From assembly GCA_964036045.1 (NCBI GenBank), contig OZ038378.1, forward strand, positions 7,750,001 to 7,814,000: a DNA stretch of 64,000 nucleotides, written 5' to 3'. Both the position numbers and the translations under genes were made by a program. This document shows positions 52,700 through 64,000 of this stretch, in pieces (within the stretch, counting starts at the first letter, position 1; every line of letters begins with the position of its first letter). Below the pieces are notes generated by a model. It did no database searches. It saw nothing but the letters and a program-made list of their open reading frames with translations, and was not told where the DNA came from. The stretch is from Eutreptiella sp. 'Long Island Sound 2002' (lineage: Eukaryota; Protista; Euglenida).

Positions 52700-52862
52700 T
52701 TGGCTGCTGATGTGCCCCAAAGCAGATAAAGGGGCTAGTTTGGGCCGTGGATATTTGAATGTGGTTGCTGATGTGCCCCAATGCAGATAAAGGGGCTAGT
52801 TCGGGATGTGCATATTTGAATGTGGCTGTTGATGTGCCCCAAAGCAGATAAAGGGGCTAGTG
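52700..52862. repeat. Three tandem ~60-bp repeats (GCTGATGTGCCCCAAAGCAGATAAAGGGGCTAG core)
   Basis: The core is visible three times at about 60-bp spacing. Confidence 0.85.
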
Positions 52863-52924
52863 CAGGATATCGCGTTGCCAGTCTTTTTTTGATTGCAATT
52901 TGTTTGTTGGTTGTTGGTACAAAG

Positions 52925-53145
52925 GAGTTTTAGTACATTTCGGGGGGTTTTTTAGTACATTTCGGGGGGTTTTTTAGTACAGTTAGGGGGGGGGGGTTAG
53001 TACAGTTAGGGGGTTTTTTAGTACAGTTAGGGGGGTTTTTTTAGTACATTTGGGGGGGTTTTTTAGTGCATTTCAGGGGATCTTTTAGTACATTTCCAGG
53101 GGTTTTGTAGTACGTTTTGGGGGGCTTTTTAGTACATTTCGGGGT
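52925..53145. repeat. ~21-24-bp repeat (TTTTAGTACATTTCGGGGGG)n
   Basis: About 9-10 degenerate copies. Confidence 0.85.
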
Positions 53146-55073
53146 ATTTTTGGGGCAATGTGAGCCCTGAATCTCAGTCCAGGGAGACAGGCGATGCAGG
53201 GTCATGGAAGCACATGTGATTGTACATTCAGTGTTTTGCTTCACATTGCTCTGTGTATGTGTTTTGCATTCTTTGTGTGTCTGCCTGGAGGGGCATTCTG
53301 CTTTGCTTCACACCCCCCGATTTCAGTGGGGACCCCCATTTAGTGTGGGGGACCCAATTTTTCCATTGTCTACCGTCTACGGTCTACCCCCCTCTCCCCG
53401 CTCTCGACTCTTCCCCTCTTTTTTTCAATGGAACGGGGGCCCGCAGCAGTGTCTCTTCTGCCAAAAACAATTTTTTTTGCAGGTGCGCCTGCTATTTTCC
53501 ACATGGCATTTTTTTTCTGTCAGTTAAACGACACTGTCTGCAGGGTTGGTGCCTGGGTGGGGTGCAAGGGGTTCTTCGCCGGGCGTGGGGGGCCCGAGAG
53601 GACGCCCAAGCACCAGAGAGTCAAGGAGAGCGAGGCTGAGGGGGGGGTTGTGAAAAGGGGCTCCAAGGGCCACAAGCTTACTTCCTCAGTACAAATGTCT
53701 ACACTTGTTGGTTTAACAAAATTTTTCAACATACTTCAGCATAATCACTTATCCAGGGTGCCCTGAATTTTTCTGGGGTCCTATAAGGACAGTCACAGTT
53801 ATGTTTTTTTTTTCCACTACGGGGGCCACTTTCTTTTTGCCTGTGCTTGTGCCTGTGCTTAGCTGCTCGGGTTCCCCTGCGAGGGGGGACCCTGTCAGTT
53901 AGTTAAAGGTCAACATTTTTTTCTTTTAAGGAACATTGGTTACAGGGTTACCCTGAACTATTTTTGCATCTTACCCCATTCTGCCCTTTGCTTCGCTTTT
54001 AGAGAACGTCGGTGACGGGAACGTTGGTTGATTGCTGGCGGGTGCATGATGTTGTTTTTAATGCGTGTGTATGTGTGTATGTGTGGGCATGCGTGGGTGT
54101 CTGTATGTTTGCTCTGGGTCCCCCTGCAAGGGGGGACTCATCGGCTGGGCAGCTATACCCCTTAAACCCCTCCCCTCTGCTCTCGACCCCTTCCCCGACC
54201 CTCTGTTAAACAACCAGCACAAACAAAAGTCAGTTAACACAAGGGGGCCACTGACAGCACCGCTTTCGGAAATTTTTTTTTTCATTTTTGGAGAACACTT
54301 TCTTGCCTGTTAAACGGTGCTGTCTGATGGCGGGGTGCCTGGGCAGGCAGGCTTGCCTTCACTGCCCTACAGGGGGGGGGAGGAGAGGACGCCCGGCCAC
54401 CCAAGGGTCCAGAGAGAGCAGGGTGGGATGTAAAAATAAAAACCTATAAGTTCCTCTCCACCCTCCCCGCCTGGGCGGTCCACATGGACCAACCCCTCCT
54501 GGCTTCGGCTTCCACACATTTTTAAGGACTTTAACAGGTTAGGGATGTTGCCGACAATACAATTTTCTGTGATTTGCCCTGGTGCTTTAGTTAGGAATAG
54601 CCCCTGCACTGTACCGCACCACACTGCACTACACTCACTGCACTGAAACCGAGACCCCCTGAATTTCCTGTTTGTGGTTGCGATTGTGCATTTGCTCTTT
54701 GTCAGCATGCCTCAGTGTGCCACCCATGACATCTCTTGTGGCCAGACCTTGGCACTGCTACATCCTCCAATGCAGATTTGCTTTGCGCTGAACGTTCTAA
54801 CACTGCTGACAGTTCCAACAGTTCTTCTGACGATTCTTCGGACACTTCTTCTGATGATTCTTCGGACAGTTCCTCTGACAGTTCTTCTACCAGTTCCTCC
54901 AACAGTTCTTCCGACGATTCATCTGACTAGTCTTCTGACAGTGACCCTAACTATGGTTCTGTGTGCAGTTGCACTACTGAATCGGACAAAGGGTGTGTTG
55001 GTCTGACCTAACGTCTCAAGGATTTGCCCATTTGCCTAGGCCCATTGCATCTCATTGCGGTGTTCTTCCCCTC

Positions 55074-55765
55074 CCTGCGTACCCTGTCCCTCAATCTTTG
55101 TGAAAATTCTGTGGGAGAGTGTTGCAGCGCTGAAAGATGCCGCCTCACTGCATACCCTCTACCTCGATCTTTGTGCAAATATCGTGGGAGGCAGTGGGGC
55201 ACAGGCGCTTGCAGCGCTGAAGGATGCCGCCTCACTGCATACCCTGTCCCTCGACCTTTGTGGAAATTCTGTTGGAGACAGCGGGGCACAGGCGCTTGCA
55301 GCGCTGAAGGATGCCCCCTCACTGCATATGCTGTCCCTCGATCTTGGGCAGAATTCTCTGGGAGAGAGAGGGGCACAGGCGCTTGCAGCGCTGAAGGATG
55401 CCCCCTCACTGCATACCCTGTCCCTCGATCTTGGTGATAATTTTGTCGGAGACAGTGGGGCACAGGTGCTTGCAGCGCTGAAGGATGCCGCCTCACTGCA
55501 TACCCTGTCCCTCAATCTGAGGTCGAATTCCGTGGGAGGCAGTGGGGCACAGGCGCTTGCAGCGCTGAAGGATGCCCCCTCACTGCATACCTTGTCCCTC
55601 AATCTTAGGCAGAATTCCGTGGGAGAGAGTGGGGCACAGGCGCTTGCAGCGCTGAAGGATGCCCCCTCACTGAATACCCTGAGTGTCCGCGCGCGCCGCC
55701 GTGAATTATTTTACCCCTCCGTGAATTGTTTACCCCCCTCCGTGAATTATTTTACCCCTCTGTAA
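55074..55765 (+). pseudogene. Fragment of a 29-aa LRR gene (same family as 40791-42443), frameshifted and running into a satellite
   Basis: About 7 near-identical 87-bp units (GAQALAALKDAPSLHTLSLDL..N.VG). The first unit lacks a net 14 nt near 55118, causing a frameshift. There is no F-box, and the 3' end is replaced by the 20/21-bp array from about 55699. Confidence 0.65.
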
Positions 55766-56740
55766 ATTGTTTACCCCCTCCGTGAATTATTTTACCCCTC
55801 CGTGAATTGTTTACCCCCCTCCGTGAATTATTTGACCCCTCCGTGAATTGTTTACCCCCCTCCGTGAATTATTTTACCCCTCTGTGAATTGTTTACCCCC
55901 CTCCGTAAATTATTTTACCCCTCTGTGAATTGTTTACCCCCCTCCGTGAATTATTTTACCCCTCCGTGAATTATTTACCCCCCTCCGTGAATTATTTTAC
56001 CCCTCCGTGAATTATTTACCCCCCTCCGTGAATTATTTGACCCCTCTGTGAATTGTTTACCCCCCTCCGTGAATTATTTTACCCCTCCGTGAATTATTTG
56101 ACCCCCCTCCGTGAATTATTTTACCCCTCCGTGAATTATTTACCCCCCTCCGTGAATTATTTTACCCCTCCGTGAATTATTTACCCCCCTCCGTGAATTA
56201 TTTCACCCCTCCGTGAATTGTTTACCCCCCTCCGTGAATTATTTTACCCCTCCGTGAATTGTTTACCCCCCTCCGTGAATTATTTGACCCCTCCGTGAAT
56301 TGTTTACCCCCCTCCGTGAATTATTTTACCCCTCCGTGAATTATTTACCCCCCTCCGTGAATTATTTTACCCCTCCGTTAATTTTTTTACCCCTCTGTGA
56401 ATTGTTTTACCCCTCTGTGAATTGTTTACCCCCCTCCGTGAATTATTTTACCCCTCCGTGAATTATTTACCCCCCTCCGTGAATTATTTCACCCCTCCGT
56501 GAATTATTTACCCCCCTCCGTGAATTATTTCACCCCTCCGTGAATTGTTTACCCCCCTCCGTGAATTATTTGACCCCTCTGTGAATTGTTTACCCCCCTC
56601 CGTGAATTATTTACCCCTCCGTGAATTATTTACCCCCCTCCGTGAATTATTTCACCCCTCCGTGAATTATTTGACCCCCCTCCGTGAATTATTTGACCCC
56701 TCCGTGAATTATTTGACCCCTCCGTGAATTATTTGACCCC
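55699..56740. repeat. 20/21-bp satellite (CCGTGAATTATTTTACCCCT / CCGTGAATTGTTTACCCCCCT), mostly alternating as a 41-bp higher-order unit
   Basis: About 50 monomers. Confidence 0.95.
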
Positions 56741-56748
56741 TGTGTGTG

Positions 56749-57525
56749 TGTCAATTATTTTGGGGGTCTAGACCCCCCCAGGAATTGACGCATAGGGTCG
56801 CGTCAATTATTTTTGGGGTCCAGACCCCCATAGGAATTGACGCATAGGGTCGCGTCAATTATTTTGGGGGTCTAGACCCCTATAGGAATTGGCGCATAGG
56901 GTCGCGTCAATTATTTTGGGGGTCTAGACCCCCCTAGGAATTGACGCATAGGGTCGCGTCAATTATTTTGGGGGTCTAGACCCCCCTAGGAATTGACGCA
57001 TTGGGTCGCGTCAATTATTTTGGGGGTCTAGACCCCCATACAAATTGATGCATAGGGTCGCATCAATTATTTTTGGGGTCTAGACCCCCGTAGGAATTGA
57101 CGCATAGGGTCGCGTCAATTATTTTGGGGGTCTAGACCCCCATAGAAATTGGCGCATAGGGTCGCGTCAATTATTTTGGGGGTCTAGACCCCCCTTAGGA
57201 ATTGACGCATAGGGTCGCGTCAATTATTTTGGGGGTCTAGACCCCCATAGAAATTGGCGCATAGGGTCGCGTCAATTATTTTGGGGGTCTAGACCCCCCT
57301 TAGGAATTGACGCATAGGGTCGCGTCAATTATTTTGGGGGTCCAGACCCCCGTAGGAATTGGCGCATAGGGTCGCGTCAATTATTTTGGGGGTTTGGACC
57401 CCCCTAGGAATTGACACATAAGGTCGCGTCAATTATTTTGGGGGTCTAGACCCCCATAGGAATTGACGCATAGGGCCGCGTCAATTATTTTGGGGGTCCA
57501 GACCCCCATAGGAATTGGCGCATAG
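56749..57525. repeat. 52-bp palindromic satellite, about 15 copies
   Basis: Unit GCGTCAATTATTTTGGGGGTCTAGACCCCC.TAGGAATTGACGCATAGGGTC, with no unique spacers. Confidence 0.95.
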
Positions 57526-57526
57526 C

Positions 57527-57715
57527 AGGGGGGTGCACCACCTCAGTGGAATATCTATCCAGAGGGGGGGTGTACACCACCTCAGTGGAATATTTATCCA
57601 CAGGGGGGGGGGGGTACACCACTTCAGTGGAATATTTATCTAGAGGGGGAGGTACACCACCTCAATGGAATATTAATCCACAGGGGGGGGGGGGGTACAC
57701 CACCTCAGTGTAATA
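57527..57715. repeat. ~40-bp repeat (Gn-TACACCACCTCAGTGGAATATTTATCCA), about 5 copies
   Basis: Tandem copies with G-runs of variable length. Confidence 0.85.
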
Positions 57716-60239
57716 TTTTTCCCAGCCTCCCATTTTCCCCAATGCCCCATTTTCCACCCTTTTTTTTCTTTTGGGGGGGGTGTTCCCCTGTGTTGCATGG
57801 ACTCCCATTCTTCCCAACTTTCAATTTTCATGATGGTTTTTTTTGTGGTGGGTGGCTGTGTTGGGGGAGGGGGAGTGCCAGACTTTTTCTTGTCCCTTTC
57901 TGACAGGAAGGAAGGAAGGGAGGGGGCGGGTACCACACTTTTATCAGACTTTTGCTGAGATGTGTTCTGTTTTATGTCCTTGACACGAGATGCCAAATCA
58001 GACTTCAGACTTCAGACTTTATACCCATAGCTGAAGTGCAGGTACATCTTGAACAGGTATGCAATATCTGGCAGGGATGTAGGGCTTAGGATTGTGTGGG
58101 CCTCACAATGACCCGAGTGATTAATGGGCTCGGAACAATTGAGGGAGTAGGCCAATGAATTCAACATTAGCCAGGGCTCCAGTGGGCAAGCAAGTGGGCA
58201 GATTCCAGCTTACTGCACTTTTTCCACGGACCACACACCCCAATCTTCAGGGCATGCCCGGATAGGTTGTGAATTTGTCAGTGGTAGGTCGGAATTCCGC
58301 ATGTCAAGGGGTATATGGACGGAGCATTTATCATTCTTGTCAGGGATGTTTTTCCCCAAGGTGAAGATTTGAAGCCCTTCTCCAAACATGCTTTCTTGCT
58401 CCCCAAATCCAGTAGATTGATGTGCTGAATTGCAGCTGAAAGTACATTTGATGCTCTCAAGATCACACAGCATCCTTGCATGCATCACTACATTGTTGCT
58501 TTTGAACACAAAACCATTAGTCATCATAGAAAAAATCAGGTGTTAGATCAAGCCCAAGCATGCACACCATACAACCCCGGGTGGGGTGGTCAGAAGTTTT
58601 GTGTGTAGGAGGATTCGAAACAAAACGGCTTGGGTGAACAACCGCTGCGACCAACAGATCAACGATTCGGTCCAAAATGTGCCACACGCCAGGCAAGCAG
58701 CTTGTCGGATCGACCACCGTGCTCGATTGCACGCCTACTACTCCACATTACTCGTAGATGTAGGGTGCCACGAACAAAACCCAACTGCATGTTTTTGGTT
58801 TCCTGTGTGCGTGCTCTAATTACTCTCTTCTTGCATACCTAATTGACTACCTATCCGCCTATCTGCTTGCGTGCGTGCCTGTGTGACCAACTGTGTGACT
58901 AACACATTGATTGACTGTCAGGCAAACCGAATGAATGTCCGCCTGGCTGAATGCATTTTAGCCTAACTGATCAATTGTAGTTTTCTATCACTCTCTTTGA
59001 GGTGCTTCGCCAAAGGCTGTAGAATTTGTGACACGCATGAACATTCTCAAGCACCCAACAAGTTGTAACGTTGTTCGCACTGTTGGGCCAGAAAAAATCC
59101 CTGTCCCTTGTGGGTGTAGGTTTTGTGGGTCTAGTGGTGAGTGCCGAGGTCTAGTGCCCGCTTCACCCTCAACGATGTGACACTTGCATCACATGGACAT
59201 GAGGTTGGGTGGGGGTGGGGGGGTTGTGGGCGCGCATGAGCCACCACGGATGGGGGTCGGCGCATGCAAGGCAAGCGGGGGCCTGGTGAGGGGGGGGGGG
59301 GGGGGGGTTGTAATGCACCCACAAACTAAAAATTAGGTTGCACCCAAGAAGAATTGTATGGCGTCCACCAAAAGTTCAGCCTCGCCCGCAAACCATTGCA
59401 CACTGCTGCCCCACAGATACAATAACTAGTTTACGGGGAATGTTGGCCCCTAACTAACACTGTACTAAGCAACCGTGGGCTATGCTCCTTAATATGCATT
59501 CCTACCACTGTGCTCTAGATAGGGGGCAAGGTTATGAGCATAGTCATGTTTCCATCAAACAAATGTGCACACTCAAGTAGACTTGCATCTACACTCCCCC
59601 CATTTTGGCTGTAATAGGTCATTTTACATATCAAAGATCAAAAGACCCACCATAAGCCGCTACCCCCACCCTTGGGGCATGACTTTCATTGATTATCGCA
59701 TACACATGATATGGTTGCGCATTAGGTACCTATTTTAACAATCCAACACATGTGTGTACTGGGACTCCGATTAAGTCGTACACAAATCATTCACCCCCAC
59801 TACATGTCTGTACGTACCACCCTACGCTTGCATGTTGTTGCCTTGGATCATTTCCCTCGGACTCATTGGTTTGAGCGATGATGTGCATCCCAACCCACAA
59901 CCACACACCCCACGAGGACCCCGTTCCCGGTCACCAAAAATTCTCTGTGGCCAAAGGAATGGGCTCTGCCGCACATCAACCTGGCCCCAGCCTGACCTTC
60001 CCTGAGCCTGCATGGGTGCCCAGAGAACCTGAAGTGTTCCACACACGTGGCATGCATGGCTAGTTCTCTCCCACAACCCGGACCGTGTTCACTGTCACCA
60101 TTGACGGCAGTGACATCGCGTTTTCAGCCATGGGAATATGGGACTCCCACCCGGAAGGCAGGGTTGGACAGATCATTGCTCGCAGCCCATGGTCACAGCA
60201 CATGTTCCTGAGGAAATATTTCCTACAGCTTGACATTTT

Positions 60240-60590
60240 GTGTTGTCAACTCGCCGAAAGTGCCCAGAAGTGCGCCCCCAGTGCGAATACACAGGTACTA
60301 CAGATCGGTATATGGACAATGCATATCTCACCCTGTGCAATGTCCCAACACACACACACCACAAGCTGAAAAAATTCTTGGAGATCCTACACCAGACTGT
60401 ATATAACATCAAAATGAAGTGGGAAACCACAGGAGTACACACCGAGTGGCGTGATGCTCGCCTATCTAGTGAGCCCCAGCTTGACCTGACGGTCAAAGGG
60501 GTACCCTGTGTGCCCCAGCCAAGTCTTTTTGGGACCGCTGGCCGGACCATTGGTCACCGAACTGCCCGACAGTCCTGGGTTCTATGATCC
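60240..60590 (+). mobile_element. Possible ORF1 remnant of the same LINE
   Basis: TGVHTEWRDARL...LTVKGVPC resembles the L1/Tx1 ORF1 region upstream of the zinc knuckle. A shifted frame gives DHWSPNCP, similar to the end of a CCHC knuckle. It lies directly upstream of the APE remnant on the same strand. Confidence 0.4.
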
Positions 60591-60968
60591 CAGCGCTCAC
60601 ATGTAAGTGCATGACCCTGGGGGGGTGACCAGTCAGCCACTACATACAATGTGCGCACGATTGTACAAGGATGCGGGTATAAACACTACCAATGGAAATG
60701 GTGGTGGCAACACATTCGGGTGCGCCTCAACGCCAGGGGTCTTTTGAGCCTCATGCCCTTATCTCGTGTGAAAACATGGTACCTGCAGGGACGCACATGG
60801 GCAGGATAGGGAGGGCACACACCACAGAGACGGAAACCAAATGATGTGCATATAATTCTCCATGAGCCTGAGGCGAAAATCATAAGACAACGTTGCTACC
60901 CATCAAATTGCAGCCTGTTTGTCACACAGATTCTGATGTCCATTTGACACTGTTGAGCCCTTGCTCTT

Positions 60969-61452
60969 TTGCTGTGCATTGTGTACACACCAAATGTTCG
61001 TGGGTCGCCCCGAGCCAATCGACCGTGGAATCCTTTGGTACAAGAGATGGTTGTTGACGAACCTTGCATAGTTGCACTTCAGGAGGTTGGATTTTAGAAG
61101 CACCAGAATCAAATTTTCCAAGTCGCTCGCATGGCACCTGCTTTCGTACTCCTGATGCGTACACACCAAAACCAAGACACCATGTTTCTGAACCATCAAT
61201 CCATTGCACCCTACACAAAGCTTTTACACTCACCCAGTCTCTTCGCAACTGCCGTTGAAATCATGCTGTCCCGCATTCAGTGTTATCAATGCACATGGTC
61301 CTTTCTCAAAAGCCAAACACAATACACTTGATGCTTGGTTGGCCACAGTGCCTGACGTGGGGATTGTGATGGGGGACGTTAATGACCAAATCTGGCCTGA
61401 ACCCCACCCTACTCGCCGGTGGCACCGAAAAATGCTTCATGACTCACTGTAG
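60969..61452 (+). mobile_element. Decayed apurinic-like (APE/EEP) endonuclease of a non-LTR retrotransposon ORF2, 3'-truncated with no RT
   Basis: LCIVYTPNVRG (motif I) and EPCIVALQEVG (catalytic Glu) are followed by an in-frame TAG. After a frameshift come FSVINAHGP and GIVMGDVND (GDFN motif). Confidence 0.75.
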
Positions 61453-61556
61453 GACCTGCAGCGTTCCTCAGTCGGCCTCATTTTGTTGCAGGTGGAGTGT
61501 CGCCAGGATAGCCCATGCGCCAGTATTTTTCAAGGCTCAAGCCCTCTGGAAGCCAC

Positions 61557-62409
61557 ATGCTGACCTTTGCCCTCATAGTCTGCGTCCTACAGAGGGTATT
61601 TCCGTTGGAATTCGACTCATCATCCGCATACGCTCCTTTCCCCTCCCTGGATGCCGCCCCCGTACTCCCTTCGAATAAGACATTTGCTGGCTTTCTTTCC
61701 AAAACTCTTGGCGACCACATGGTGCTGCAATGTGCACCACAGCAGGCAGTTGTGTGGGGTACAACTGTCGCTGGTGCAACTGTTTTCACCGCCTTCAACG
61801 GCCGTACCCTCACCACTGTTGCTGATGCATTGGGCATCTGGCGCCAGCACTTGCCACCGATGACAGCCTCTGCACAGGCGTACACACTTACATTTGTGTC
61901 ATCCGCCGGGGACGCCGCCACGTTGTCCGACGTGCTGTTTGGGGAAGTCTACATCTGTGGGGGGCAGTCCAACATGGCATTCCCGTTGTCAGCCGTCACG
62001 AACGCCTCCGCAGAGGTTCTGCTTGCTGACCATTACCCACAGATCCGCGTGTTCACTGTAGGGCAGGGCACCCGTGCCAGCCCCCAGCCCCTGTCAGATC
62101 TGTGGACCATTGTGCAGCCCTGGAGTGTAGCCAGTAAGAAGGCAATGGGCGTGGACTGGAAGTATTTCTCAGCCGTCTGCTGGTTTTTTGGCCGCCGCCT
62201 GGCTGACGCACTCTCGCCGGAAGGGGCAGTCCCCATCGGACTAATCTCGAGCAATTGGGGTGGCACTTCGGTGGTGCTGTGGTCCACTCCTGAAGCATTC
62301 ACACAGTGTGGCATAAAGCCCCCATCCTCCAGCGCCTCACTGTACAATGCAATGATCCATCCGTACACCGTTGGCCCTATGGCGATTGCTGGTTTCTCAT
62401 GGTATCAAG
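61557..62409 (+). CDS. Sialate O-acetylesterase / SASA (SGNH carbohydrate esterase) family protein, first exon; gene continues beyond the window
   Basis: Short hydrophobic N-terminus, LGDHMVLQ, VWG, LSDVLFGEVYICGGQSNM (catalytic Ser), FSAVCWFFG, PIGLISSNWGGT, LYNAMIHP and WYQG. Donor G|GTCTGT at 62410. An alternative in-frame ATG lies at 61515. Confidence 0.88.
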
Positions 62410-62574
62410 GTCTGTCTGTGTTGCTAGTGTACACATCCCTCTCCCCATTGTTCGGGTGCTAGTGTACTTAGGCATCAAGGCAATTCCGGGACTAGGTCAC
62501 CTCCTATCTCCCCTAAAGTGCCCTCGCCCTCTGCTCGCCCTCGGCACTGCTTAGGGATCAGGAAGCTTGGGCAC

Positions 62575-62975
62575 TTATGAGAGAGCTAGGGCAACTGTTA
62601 CGGAGCTATGACACTCATCAAGAAGCGAGTGCAGAGCGCTTAGCAATGAGCTAGGGCTCGTATTAGGGTGGCGGGGCATTTATTGGTGAGCTAGTGCAAG
62701 CATTCGGGGGCTGGGGTGGCATGTATTGGAGAGCTAGGGTGCCTTAGGGTGCCTGGTCACCTATTATGTGGCTAGCACAACCATCAGGAGCTGGGGCTCG
62801 TAGTTGGGTTTATCAGGGAAGTGGGGCTCTTTTTTGGCAGCTGGCGCAACCAGTCGTGGGTTATGGTACTTATTAGGGAGCTGGGCACTTGCCCTATAAG
62901 TATTTACCAGCCGCTAGGGCACTTAGTGGGGAACTCAAACGTGCCTCATCTCCCGGATGATTATCCTACTCTCTG

Positions 62976-63015
<40 letters not shown>

Positions 63016-63490
63016 GTGAGGTGCCACTGCAAATATCGGGCCACTGCGCAGCTAGGGCAAGTATTGGGGGGGCAGTTCACCTATCAGGCAATTGGGGGCA
63101 ACCACTATGGAGCTAGGCCAACCATTAGGGGACAAGAGCACAGTGGAGAGCTTGAAAAAATAGCACTGAGCTAGGGCAGCCAGGGCAGGTCCCAGCGTTA
63201 AGTGCCCTGCCTCCAGCAGGCACTTAATAGGAAGCCAGGGCACTTATGGGCCACTTCTATTATTGGAAGCTGGGGAAACCGCTCATTAACTAACTCGGGT
63301 GGAGCCCTTGGGAACCCCTGGGAACCCTTGAGAAAGGGCAGCTATCAGGCAGCCAGGCCACTATTGGGGAGCCAGGGCAATAACTTTTTGCAGCAACTAT
63401 TATGGCACTCGGGCACTGTTATTGAGAAAGGGCAACCATTAAAGAGCTGGGACAAGCATTATGGAACCAAGGCAATTATTTGGGAGTTAG
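62575..63490. repeat. Highly degenerate tandem repeat (TTATTGGGAGCTAGGGCAC-like) in the SASA-gene intron
   Basis: A recurrent GAGCT(A/G)GGGC motif at irregular spacing of roughly 20-60 bp. Confidence 0.6.
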
Positions 63491-64000
63491 GTGGTGCGGT
63501 CTGCACATTGTGTGTGTAGTACGTGCAAAGTGCCGACAGTAGAGTGTTTTCGGAATAGCAAAATTGCGAGAAGTCATAGCTCTTGGGGACTGTTGCAAGA
63601 GATGATGGTTGCATCGGGTTGTTGGCTGAGTGGGTAATGTCAACTCATTTTGCCGTGTCCCGCCGTACATGCAGAATGCCATCCTCCCATCGGCCAAGCA
63701 GTTTACACCATATTTATCCGCTAATGCACAAGAGCAGAAGAAATAGAATGGATGGACAAGCTTTCAAAACTGAGATCGTGCCACGTGGGCCGATCCTTGT
63801 CGAGACCTGACCCCAAAGGGGGGGGGGGCGCTCTACGGACCCCAAAATTGTTACACGGAACAATGTGCTTTGTCGGCGCCGGAGATGTTGTTTTATGGGG
63901 AGCATTAGCGCGCCGGGCATCTTTTTTGACCCGTGCCCCACAGGTGGCCTTTTAGGGGGTGCACTATGGGGGCGCTATTTGGACGTCTGGCTGTACAAGA

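Noticed and set aside
52700-52862. Repeat-spacer-like pattern (33-bp core plus ~27-bp intervals)
   Set aside because: The intervals are homologous to each other, so this is a plain 60-bp tandem repeat.
52980-53040. TTAGGG-like telomeric sequence
   Set aside because: These are isolated hexamers inside a different ~24-bp repeat, not a telomeric array.
56749-57525. CRISPR-like array of palindromic repeats
   Set aside because: The units are contiguous with no unique spacers, there are no cas genes, and the context is eukaryotic. It is a satellite.

Overview
This is repeat-rich eukaryotic nuclear DNA with canonical GT-AG introns and very frequent poly-G/poly-C runs. The overall look suggests a photosynthetic protist, possibly a euglenid; that is an inference and was not verified. 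Supported genes, almost all on the + strand: (1) a two-exon DEDD 3'-5' exonuclease plus KH-domain protein (4449-4972 joined to 7629-8190); (2) a minus-strand exon of an LCIB/theta-carbonic-anhydrase-family protein with a degenerate first Zn ligand (15780-16019); (3) an intronless ADP-ribosyltransferase-fold protein with an MGCxxS acylation-type N-terminus (18428-19696); (4) a five-exon tandem universal stress protein whose exon phases all match (22935-34469); (5) an intronless F-box-like plus 29-aa LRR protein (40791-42443) and a second, broken LRR copy (about 55074-55765); (6) a two-exon DUF5672-type membrane-anchored protein (45359-47891); (7) the first exon of a sialate O-acetylesterase/SASA-family protein (61557-62409), which continues past the window. 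The rest consists of mobile DNA and satellites. These include foldback/MITE-like elements, a decayed LINE (APE endonuclease plus ORF1 remnant), and several tandem arrays, one with a palindromic 52-bp unit. The most unusual signal is a repeat family with four copies that share one fixed end followed by a short G-run, are truncated to different lengths at the other end, and are mostly bounded by G/C tracts. This suggests G-tract-targeted or G-tailed retroposition. Most ORFs in the supplied track are GC-rich or repeat-derived artefacts.
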